From NCBI GenBank assembly GCA_038831005.1, contig JAWBKZ010000005.1:152146-216145 (forward strand): a DNA stretch of 64,000 nt, written 5' to 3'. Positions 49,629 through 57,987 of the stretch are shown piece by piece (the stretch's first letter is position 1; every line of letters begins with the position of its first letter). The stretch is from Ignisphaera sp. (GTDB taxonomy: Archaea; Thermoproteota; Thermoprotei_A; Sulfolobales; Ignisphaeraceae). The position numbers and the translations under genes are program-made. The notes beneath the pieces were generated by a model. It ran no database searches, had not been told where the DNA came from, and worked only from the letters and a program-made list of their open reading frames with translations.

Positions 49629-49802
49629 TAATACTCACCTTACGATACACAATTTCATTTGTGCCTCAGTTAAATAATTTATATGAATTACTTTCTATAG
49701 AATCTCCAACGATTATGTCCATACATAGACCACTGATTCAGATTAGTGCAAATATCTACAGTTAATATATGGGGTACCGTGCAGAAGATATAGGGTTCAG
49801 CT

Positions 49803-50339
49803 ATGAGTATATCTGAACATGATAGAGAAACCATATTAAAATTTTTACTAACTAGAAGAAGCATTAGAAAATTCAAGCCAAATCCCATTGATATGGAGAC
49901 CGTGAAGAGAATACTTGACATAGCTAGATATGCTCCTAGTGCAGGCAATAGACAGCCATGGATTTTCATAATTATTACAGATAAGGAGATTAAATCAAAA
50001 CTTGCCGCTGTCCATCCATGGGCATATCCATTAAATGATGCACCTATGGGTATAGTAGTTGCATGCGATAAAAATGCTTCTCCAGATTCATACCATGTTG
50101 ATTGTGCTAATGCAACAATTTACTTAATGTTAGCTGCACATGCACTAGGTCTTGGAACCGTATGGCTCCAGACGCTTAAGAACATAGAAGATATACAAAA
50201 GATACTGAATTTACCATCAAGCTATATCCCTATATCCATGATCGCTCTTGGTTATCCAGCCGAATCTCCACAACTTAAACCTAGAAAAAGCTTAAGTGAT
50301 ATAACCTACATTGATAGCTATGGTAATAGACTCAAATAA
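49803..50339 (+). CDS. nitroreductase-family oxidoreductase
   Basis: RRSIRKFKPNPI...ARYAPSAGNRQPW...HALGLGTVW. Confidence 0.8.
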   Translation: MSISEHDRETILKFLLTRRSIRKFKPNPIDMETVKRILDIARYAPSAGNRQPWIFIIITDKEIKSKLAAVHPWAYPLNDAPMGIVVACDKNASPDSYHVDCANATIYLMLAAHALGLGTVWLQTLKNIEDIQKILNLPSSYIPISMIALGYPAESPQLKPRKSLSDITYIDSYGNRLK

Positions 50340-50632
50340 CTTATTTAATGACTAGCAATAATTGTTGTTTTCATAACCCTAATCCTTATAGCTGTAGTTG
50401 AAAACTTCATGTGACTAACTGTTGCAATCATAATGAATAATAATGTAGTTAACCCCATTAGAGATATGTATAGCGTTATAATACGGATTTAATTAATATG
50501 ATCTTCAGATCCATTGTATGAGGATATATGTATCTACATAATCTCTATGAATTACACCACATCTCCGATATTATTCGTGATCCTCCATATTATCGAAATA
50601 GGGTTCTTCTAACTCACGAACTGATGACTTCT

Positions 50633-51586
50633 TCAAAGATGTACCGCTCTTCCCTCATGCGACGATCTGTATGCAGCATCAATTATTCTCTGAACAATGA
50701 ACGCTTCTTCTTCATCTACTAGAAATTTGCCTCCTCTTTCAATAGTATCTACAAAGTGCTTTAACTCTTCTTCATACATATGTATGGGATCCATTGATAC
50801 TACCTCTCTCATAATCATCGTACCGTCAGAAGAGGATACTAAGAATTCACCTTCGAGATACCCTTCAACAACAATCCTACCTTTCTCACCATCGATACCC
50901 CATTTTCTCCAATTGTGTCCTCCGAACCAACTTAGTGTAAATGTTGATACTGTTCCCGAGACATGCTCTAGAGTGACTGTAAATGCTTTCTCAACATCAT
51001 TGCTATTGTAAGTCATATTAGCATAGACCTTCTTAACAGGTCCACCATACCAATAAAAGACGTGGACTACATGAGATCCATGTTCAATTAATACACCACC
51101 GCTAATAGATTTAGAGTGTATCCACGATCTCTGTGGAAAACGTCCTAAAGCTATATGCCACATGAATTTCGGTTCACCTAACACATTATCTACTAAATTT
51201 TTCACTTTCTGGTACATTTTATTGAACTTAAGACAGTAACCAACAAAAAGTCTGTTCCTGCCTTTAGCTGCATCAAAAATTCTCCTAGCCCCATCAATAT
51301 CATTAGCCATAGGTTTCTCTAAAAAAACGTAATACCCTTTGCTAAGAAATTCTATAGCATGTTCTGCATGATATAGTGGAGGAACAGCTATAATGACACC
51401 ATCGAAACCTCCTTCTTCAGCCATAGATCTGTAATCCCTGTAAACCTTTACTTCTTCATTCTTGAATAATTTCAGCTTAGTTTCATCTATATCACATACA
51501 GCAACAACCTTAACATTCATCTTTTTCAATAAATTGTAGAAACGAGTACCCATAACCCCAAGTCCTACGATACCCAATTTGATCAT
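50633..51586 (-). CDS. Gfo/Idh/MocA-family NAD(P)-dependent oxidoreductase
   Basis: N-terminal Rossmann fold (IKLGIVGLGVMG), the EKPMA motif and a C-terminal alpha/beta domain. Confidence 0.8.
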   Translation of the reverse strand: MIKLGIVGLGVMGTRFYNLLKKMNVKVVAVCDIDETKLKLFKNEEVKVYRDYRSMAEEGGFDGVIIAVPPLYHAEHAIEFLSKGYYVFLEKPMANDIDGARRIFDAAKGRNRLFVGYCLKFNKMYQKVKNLVDNVLGEPKFMWHIALGRFPQRSWIHSKSISGGVLIEHGSHVVHVFYWYGGPVKKVYANMTYNSNDVEKAFTVTLEHVSGTVSTFTLSWFGGHNWRKWGIDGEKGRIVVEGYLEGEFLVSSSDGTMIMREVVSMDPIHMYEEELKHFVDTIERGGKFLVDEEEAFIVQRIIDAAYRSSHEGRAVHL

Positions 51587-51970
51587 ATTAAAATACCTAG
51601 TATATCATCTTTATGCTTCAATTTATATCTATTTATCCGTATTAAATCTAAATGAAACTGAGACCTTTATGTAGAATATGTATACTGTTAATAAGGATAT
51701 CAAAGATTGCTAACAAGAACTACATCTAGATAATAGCATAGTTGTAGGTTGAGTATTACCATCACTACTACACATTTTGATCTAAAATCGTATTATCGAT
51801 ATAAACTTAACATTTTCCGTAATACTAGCCATGTAGATGCAGTTCCAGTACACCAGGTTCTACAGACTTAATATGTTCTAGTCGAATATGTATTGATAAA
51901 CCCATGTTCATAATCAATTAACTCGACAATAATTCATCAGATATCTTCTGTATTGTGGCAAATTTAGGTA

Positions 51971-52735
51971 TCACGTATTGATCTCTATAGATATCTTCTT
52001 CTTATCCTTTGGTACATCCTTGAGAGTATCTATAAACGCTAAAACTATTGATTTGAGAACTTTTTTAACATAAGGATTGAGCGGAATTTTCATACCATCG
52101 ATTACTAGAGAAACTTCTGAATCTCTGGGACACCATTGTGTTTCTCCTTTAGCATATGATTTAGCAAATATCCAGCAATTATCGTATCCACAAGTACCAC
52201 AATCTGTTTTTGGTAGTTGTTGATATATGTAGTCAATAGCTCTGTTTTCTATGATATTTGTTAATTCATCGATATCGTCAAAAGTGAATAGTGGTGTGCC
52301 ACTGTATTTTTTGTTATGGTTTTTGTACTCTCTAACAACATATGATATTATGTTTTTTATGTCGAGGACCTCATAAATATCCTCTTTCTTCTCTACAATA
52401 ACTATGGAATCACCTATATCTACGTTTTTAAATCCCTCAACCATAATTATTGGTGTCTTGATGTACTTAATGTTATCAATAAGTGAGTCTATCCATATTC
52501 TTTGATATATTATCCCTAGACTAGCTGAAGAAGCTACTACTGTATCAGCACCGCTATGTAGATACTTGTGGGTGTCTTTATCCTCTATCTCTATGCCATG
52601 AGTACAGTGCTTAATAACACCTACACGGTATCCTCTATTCTTTAGCTTAGCAACTACCTGGCTCGCTATAAACGTTTTACCGACACCAGAGTATAACGAG
52701 ACAAATCTAACTATATAGGGTCTCATTAGATCCAC
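51971..52735 (-). CDS. MobB-like P-loop NTPase fused to a RnfB/CdhD-type 4Fe-4S domain
   Basis: P-loop SGVGKT and the MobB-type VGVIKHCTHGIEIEDKDTHKY...GADTVV region. The C-terminal LPKTDCGTCGYDNCWIFAKSYAKGETQWC gives Cx2Cx4Cx14C. Confidence 0.7.
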   Translation of the reverse strand: MDLMRPYIVRFVSLYSGVGKTFIASQVVAKLKNRGYRVGVIKHCTHGIEIEDKDTHKYLHSGADTVVASSASLGIIYQRIWIDSLIDNIKYIKTPIIMVEGFKNVDIGDSIVIVEKKEDIYEVLDIKNIISYVVREYKNHNKKYSGTPLFTFDDIDELTNIIENRAIDYIYQQLPKTDCGTCGYDNCWIFAKSYAKGETQWCPRDSEVSLVIDGMKIPLNPYVKKVLKSIVLAFIDTLKDVPKDKKKISIEINT

Positions 52736-53210
52736 CGTTTATTTCCTTAATTCTATAGGCTATATCTAGAATGGAGTTGATATCTATTACCTTCTTAATG
52801 CTATCACTGGAATTGAGATATTTTTCTAGATACTTCATCTCTGCCTCTAGAGCACTATCTACATAGCTATTGATGAACCTTATGAAGTCGTAATCATTTG
52901 TTACATATATTATTGGTTCTACTGATATCCTCCACAAGTTCTTTTTACTAACGGATAGAAGTGCTTGCAGGATCTCTTTATCAGATGACTTCTCGCCTAT
53001 ATCCGATAGAACTGCATAATGTGTATCTATGTAGTGTACAAACATGTAGGTAACTCCGCTTTCTCCTCTGTTACATACAATTATTTCAAATTCTGATGAA
53101 TCTGCTAAAACTGTGTGAAAGTACTCTTCGAAATTTGTTCCTTTATGCTTCAAATACTCAAGAAATGCATTTAGATTGTTTACGTTTATATATGATATGT
53201 ATACATCCAT
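52707..53210 (-). CDS. hypothetical protein
   Basis: 167-aa ORF that overlaps the mobB-like gene by 29 nt, suggesting translational coupling. I recognised no family. Confidence 0.35.
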   Translation of the reverse strand: MDVYISYINVNNLNAFLEYLKHKGTNFEEYFHTVLADSSEFEIIVCNRGESGVTYMFVHYIDTHYAVLSDIGEKSSDKEILQALLSVSKKNLWRISVEPIIYVTNDYDFIRFINSYVDSALEAEMKYLEKYLNSSDSIKKVIDINSILDIAYRIKEINGGSNETLYS

Positions 53211-53313
53211 TTTCTACACCTGACTCATTGACTATTCTCGATATGAACTACAGTAAGTATCTCTTTGAGATCTCTTAATTAGTACAGTCTGGTGGATATC
53301 GAGGTGTATGTGA

Positions 53314-53360
53314 GATCTTGAAAAACATAATATTTGTAACAGGATGATCTTGAAAAACAT
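53314..53360. repeat. 15-nt perfect direct repeat GATCTTGAAAAACAT x2 (period 32 nt)
   Basis: Copies at 53314-53328 and 53346-53360. On the minus strand it reads ATGTTTTTCAAGATC, with a T5 run, 25 nt after the kinase stop codon. Confidence 0.9.
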
Positions 53361-53384
53361 GTCTGTTTACTGGAATGGAAACCA

Positions 53385-54935
53385 CTATCTAGGGATGAGA
53401 TTATCCATTTTCTCTCTTAGTAGAGCTTCTTTTGCTTCAAGCCACATATCTACACCATTCTTATACCTAGTGTTTGCATCTAAAGTTAATGCCTTCTTTA
53501 CCACACTTGCTACAGACTTAGGTATATCATTTATCCATGGCATGTATATTGTATCTAGATGTTCTAAATCTTCATTTATTGATTCCACGAAATTCTGAAT
53601 AGATATTGATTTACTACGTAACTGTAGAGATCCATCGATTATCTTTTTTATGAACTCCTTTAACGGTTTTTCATCATCTTCTATTTTCTCCATAGGAATA
53701 GGATAATTATATAGATTCTGTAATATAATTATGTTGAGCGCTAATCTGTGTTTCGGTAGCTGTCCCGCCAGTGTGTATGCTACCACCATAGCTATACTAT
53801 ACACATCATAACTGAAGTCGGCTATACCTTTTGCAAGTGCTAATGGATCTGAATAACCGGGTGTTATTCTTACAAATTTGTATCCTCTATTTGGATCTCC
53901 AACAGCTCCACTAAAATCATTTAACTTAGGCGCATATTTGTAGTTTTCATTTCCATTACTATAGAGGAGGATGTTCCTAGGTTTAATATCTAGGTGAACT
54001 ATATTGAATAAATGTGCTAAGGCTACTGCGCCAACAATCCTTATAAGGATGTACATTGTTTCTTCAACACTTCGAACACCATTGAGCTGTATATAGCGTT
54101 CTAGATCTCCTAATGATGCATATTCTTCAACTATTGTTGGTGGATAGATCATGTACTCATCTTTATCTAATTTATCTTTTACAATAAATAAAGCCTTTGC
54201 TGATGTAATGTATTTTTTGTACAGAAGGAGATCTTTTATGATTACTTTGTCATAACCTTTCAATTCCAATAAATCAATAAATTCTCTATCATCTACTGTA
54301 GCTACGACTAGCCCTTGGATATACCCTCTAACTACATCCATGAATCTCCTACCTACAACTATATCCTCTTTCAATACCTTTAAGGCATATGTACTACCTT
54401 GTTTATCATAAGCTTTAAATACATATGTATAACTACCTTTATCGCTTACTACATCTTCGATAATGAACCAATACAATCCTTTTCTTTTCCATAGCGATAT
54501 ACATATTTTTTCAGCTTCTTCAATACAAGGCTTAAGCAGTTCTACGATACTGCTATCTAGTTGAGATAGGGGTAGTTCTTCAACAATCATTTTCACATTT
54601 ACCCTACTATTAAAAATCTCTGATAACGATTGAAGTACTTCTGTGCCATATAGCTGAACTTGTCCAGAGAGGTCTTCTTGAACAATAGCTAAAGCTATAT
54701 CTTTTAAACCAATAACTCTATAGATCTTATCACTTAAATCAAATCTAAAATGTGTTAAGCTAGTATCTGGCGATTCTCTAATTATCTCTAGAACAAGTTT
54801 AGCTAGATTTTTTGCTTCATCAGAAGCTCTTCGGAGAAACCTTCTACCTTTAATTAACATTATCGAAGAAAATACCACAGGATCAAAGATATATTCGCTA
54901 ATTTTATCAAGGTCTCTACATACACGTAAAAACAT
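53385..54935 (-). CDS. Hanks-type Ser/Thr protein kinase with an unknown N-terminal domain
   Basis: YALKVLK (catalytic Lys), HLDIKPRNILL (catalytic loop), NDFSGA (DFG-like) and TPGYSDPLA (APE-like). An uncharacterised N-terminal region of about 170 aa precedes the kinase core. Confidence 0.8.
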   Translation of the reverse strand: MFLRVCRDLDKISEYIFDPVVFSSIMLIKGRRFLRRASDEAKNLAKLVLEIIRESPDTSLTHFRFDLSDKIYRVIGLKDIALAIVQEDLSGQVQLYGTEVLQSLSEIFNSRVNVKMIVEELPLSQLDSSIVELLKPCIEEAEKICISLWKRKGLYWFIIEDVVSDKGSYTYVFKAYDKQGSTYALKVLKEDIVVGRRFMDVVRGYIQGLVVATVDDREFIDLLELKGYDKVIIKDLLLYKKYITSAKALFIVKDKLDKDEYMIYPPTIVEEYASLGDLERYIQLNGVRSVEETMYILIRIVGAVALAHLFNIVHLDIKPRNILLYSNGNENYKYAPKLNDFSGAVGDPNRGYKFVRITPGYSDPLALAKGIADFSYDVYSIAMVVAYTLAGQLPKHRLALNIIILQNLYNYPIPMEKIEDDEKPLKEFIKKIIDGSLQLRSKSISIQNFVESINEDLEHLDTIYMPWINDIPKSVASVVKKALTLDANTRYKNGVDMWLEAKEALLREKMDNLIPR

Positions 54936-55021
54936 ATAAACACCTAGACGTAAAATGCATTATTACGCTATAGTCCGAGGCGAGGGATCTAAATCTCTGT
55001 ATTATTGAAAAGATAATAAAG

Positions 55022-55369
55022 TTAGCTCTCTTCAAATCCCTTAACTAACAACGTTGAGAACCCTAGAACTACCTCTATGCCTTCCTTGAGCTCTACTGCT
55101 CCTCTACCCCTTATATCTTCACCGTCCACATATGTACCGTTTCTGCTGCCCACATCCTCTATAAACCACCTGTTGTCTCTATAGAATATCTTTGCATGTC
55201 TTCTGGATACAAAGGGATCTGCAATAACTATATCGCAATCAGGGTCTCTACCAATTGTGTAACTATTAGGTTTGAGCTTCACAACCTGGTGGGATGTGGA
55301 GTGAATACTCTTCAAGATAGCGACCAAAATTCTTCCCTCGGACGACATCAAGCCAACCTCTTTACTCAA
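55022..55369 (-). CDS. FHA-domain protein (ArnA-like)
   Basis: Canonical FHA signature YTIGRD...VSRRHAKI...GSRNGTYVDG. The probable start is the ATG at 55348, preceded by GAGGT and 14 nt after the vWA stop. Confidence 0.85.
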   Translation of the reverse strand: MSKEVGLMSSEGRILVAILKSIHSTSHQVVKLKPNSYTIGRDPDCDIVIADPFVSRRHAKIFYRDNRWFIEDVGSRNGTYVDGEDIRGRGAVELKEGIEVVLGFSTLLVKGFEES

Positions 55370-56585
55370 ATCTTCCGCTAACTATCCTAGATACAAGCGA
55401 TATAAGCTTTTTAACCACTTCTGGTGAAAATCCTTCCTGTTCTAGTTGAGCCCTTATGTCTATTGTTCTCGAGTAGAGATCTCTACGATCCACGGTAAGA
55501 GTGGCATTAGCGAGTTCCTCAATAATCTTCTTGATATCTACTATAGAGGATTTCCCATAGAGGTCTTTGGCTAGGAGAGAGGCCATCTTGACCATGTTGA
55601 ACTCCTTGAACAGTTTCTCATCTATATCTAGGTACTCTATCGAAGGCTTTGAAAGACATGGTAGAGAGAGTGGCAGAGGAGATATCTCTCTAGAGACTTC
55701 CTTTGTATCGGTATAGCTAGCTGATATAGATGCTATATGGATTAGACCCTTCTTCTGTGGAGGAAGCACCACCTCTCCAACAATATCAATTGTTTCATTA
55801 CTATATACATCGCCTACATCTACCTCTATGCCTCCTCTAACAGCGTAGGCAGGTCTATTGTATATATAGATAGAAGCACCAGGAAGCGATCTTACGAAGA
55901 GCTTTACGTTCTTAACACACAATCCTCTATACCTAGACGCTATATTGTTAAACATCGAGGGTATCTTCGATGGATTACTCAGATGTTCGAAGAAACCTCT
56001 GGTGCTTGTCGCTATATTCATCAACAGCTTCTCGTTGTAGTCGCTACCCACACCGATAATCAGGGATATAGATACATTTTCACCTAGCTTTTTAGCCATC
56101 TCGGCTATCTTTGTCTCATCTTTCACACCTGTTGTTGGAACACCATCTGTAACCATCACTAGTTTGAAGCTATCCACTTTTCCGTTACTGTTCTTCATCT
56201 CTATATAGTCTCTGTATATCTGCTTGAGGAGACCGTAGATGTTTGTTCCACCGCCCAGCTTTATACTAGCTACAGAATCAGCTATAGTTTCGTAGTTAGA
56301 CACCTTAGCCATGTATGCAATTCTTTCAACTTTATTATTGAAGCTGTATATATTGACGAGATCCTCGGAAGACAAGTTCTTTAGCATCTGTATGGTTGCC
56401 TCCTTAGCTCTGAATATCTTTGCTCCATCCATAGACCAGCTGGCATCTATAGCTACAGCATAGAGAGATCTTGTATCCTGTGAAGAACCTACACCCTTCA
56501 CACGTACTATGAAGGGAATTGTCTCAATCTTGTCCTCGACTATGAATATCTTGGCTAACTTAGGCTCTACAGCTATAGACAACAA
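55362..56585 (-). CDS. von Willebrand factor A (vWA) domain protein (ArnB-like)
   Basis: MIDAS DxSxS = DASWS and a later VMVTDGVPTTG, followed by a C-terminal extension of about 200 aa of unknown fold. Confidence 0.8.
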   Translation of the reverse strand: MLSIAVEPKLAKIFIVEDKIETIPFIVRVKGVGSSQDTRSLYAVAIDASWSMDGAKIFRAKEATIQMLKNLSSEDLVNIYSFNNKVERIAYMAKVSNYETIADSVASIKLGGGTNIYGLLKQIYRDYIEMKNSNGKVDSFKLVMVTDGVPTTGVKDETKIAEMAKKLGENVSISLIIGVGSDYNEKLLMNIATSTRGFFEHLSNPSKIPSMFNNIASRYRGLCVKNVKLFVRSLPGASIYIYNRPAYAVRGGIEVDVGDVYSNETIDIVGEVVLPPQKKGLIHIASISASYTDTKEVSREISPLPLSLPCLSKPSIEYLDIDEKLFKEFNMVKMASLLAKDLYGKSSIVDIKKIIEELANATLTVDRRDLYSRTIDIRAQLEQEGFSPEVVKKLISLVSRIVSGRFE

Positions 56586-56611
56586 AATACACCATGCAGA
56601 TTATAGCTAAT

Positions 56612-56677
56612 CTACTTCTATAAGTATCGCTAGAACTAATTTAAGTGTTAGTATTGTTTATGCGACTAGAAGTAGAA
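56612..56677. repeat. 10-bp perfect inverted repeat TCTACTTCTA-46 nt-TAGAAGTAGA
   Basis: Read directly from the sequence. It lies 27-92 nt upstream of the vWA start at 56585. Confidence 0.9.
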
Positions 56678-56765
56678 ATAAGGCTTGTAAATAATTTGTT
56701 GTATGGAGGTATTAATATGTTTCTAGTTACTATAATATTAATTTGCTGCGATATTAATAGTTCTT

Positions 56766-57870
56766 TCACGGAATATATTTTCCCCTAATAGGTATTTCAT
56801 AACTACATCTGGGACATCTATACACATCGCCCTCTCTATACATGTTGAACTCTTTCACTCTATACATCCATCTATATATTAGTTTTTTATTACATTTAGG
56901 ACAATAGGTTATTTCAAACGAAGAATCTCCTATGTTCCCTAAATATACAAATTCTATTCCTTCTCTTTTTGCCTTCAAGGCTATTGAAACAAGTTTGTCT
57001 AAACTTGTTGGAGGTTCGTACCATTTGTAGGCTGGATAGTATCTGTTGATATGTAGAGGTGTTTTTGATCCTACGGTAGATAGATGGGTATCTATAATCC
57101 ATTCAATACATTCATCTAAATCATTAGTATTTGTAACCACTAAGTACACCATCTCTACATGACCTCCTCTATCTATTATGTATTTAGCGTTTCTATAGAT
57201 AATCTAGTGGTCTATATTCACTAGAGCTTTCTTCATTTTCGGGCAACCCTTTATATCTATACTCCAACCGTCTATACCGGCTTCTAATGCTTCTTCAATT
57301 ACTCTAATTGTTTGATAGCCATTCGTAACTATAGATAAGTATAATTCATAACCTCTTGCTAATTCCGCTAGATCGAGAACGTATTCGATGGAAACCGTGG
57401 GTTCGTTAAAACTTGCGCAAAGCCCTTCATCGCTATTCTCAAGGGCTAACGCTGTTATAGACTGAGGAGATATATACTTGTCATCTTCTTTTGGATGTCT
57501 GAAACTTATGTGATGGTTCTGACACCATGGACAGTAGAAATTACAACCCCAAAACGAGAATGATAGGGATGTGCTATTTGGCCAGTAATGAAATAGGGGC
57601 TTGATTTCGATAGGTCTACTCTCTAAGGCACTAAAGTCTTCCGTAGCCTATGCTACATAGTTTTCCATCAATATTTACATAATTGCCACATATACCTTTT
57701 CTACCACTATCTATTCTACATCTACGTTCGCAGACGTAACATTCAGCTACATTGTTATCTATATTTCTCCGAAATTTAGCGATTCTCATACTATTACTCA
57801 CGCTTACTATGGTTGATGTATCAGTATCTCTGACTTTCTTCATCGAATCTTCGAGGGTCCCATTCATCAT
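56766..57870 (-). pseudogene. AmmeMemoRadiSam-type / PflA-like radical SAM enzyme, disrupted
   Basis: Three collinear pieces. The N-terminal part runs from ...CYVCERRCRI... to LCSIGYGRL and ends at TAG 57631-57633. The middle part lies in the +1 frame (SALESRPIEIKPLFHYWP...GCNFYCPWCQN...SFNEPTV...VTNGY...). An in-frame TAG at 57204-57206 precedes the C-terminal part (YYPAYKW...YCPKCNKK...RCPRCSYEI). Confidence 0.75.
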
Positions 57871-57987
57871 CCAGGACGCTATAGAGTGACAGAACTTAAA
57901 TACTGTGGTGAACTAGAAGGATTTCTGACTATAATGTCTATTGATAAATCTTAAATCTCAGGTGAAGACTTTTAGTGCATGGTATAG

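Noticed and set aside
49688-49969. 93-aa minus-strand ORF overlapping the start of the nitroreductase gene
   Set aside because: It is antisense to a well-supported nitroreductase CDS, and it is hydrophobic and low-complexity without conserved features.
57204-57633. The two TAG codons in the radical SAM gene read as pyrrolysine or programmed recoding
   Set aside because: The upstream TAG also needs a frameshift to continue. No pyl genes or PYLIS-like context are evident, and the lineage markers point to a crenarchaeote, where Pyl decoding is not known. Pseudogenisation or sequencing error is the simpler explanation.
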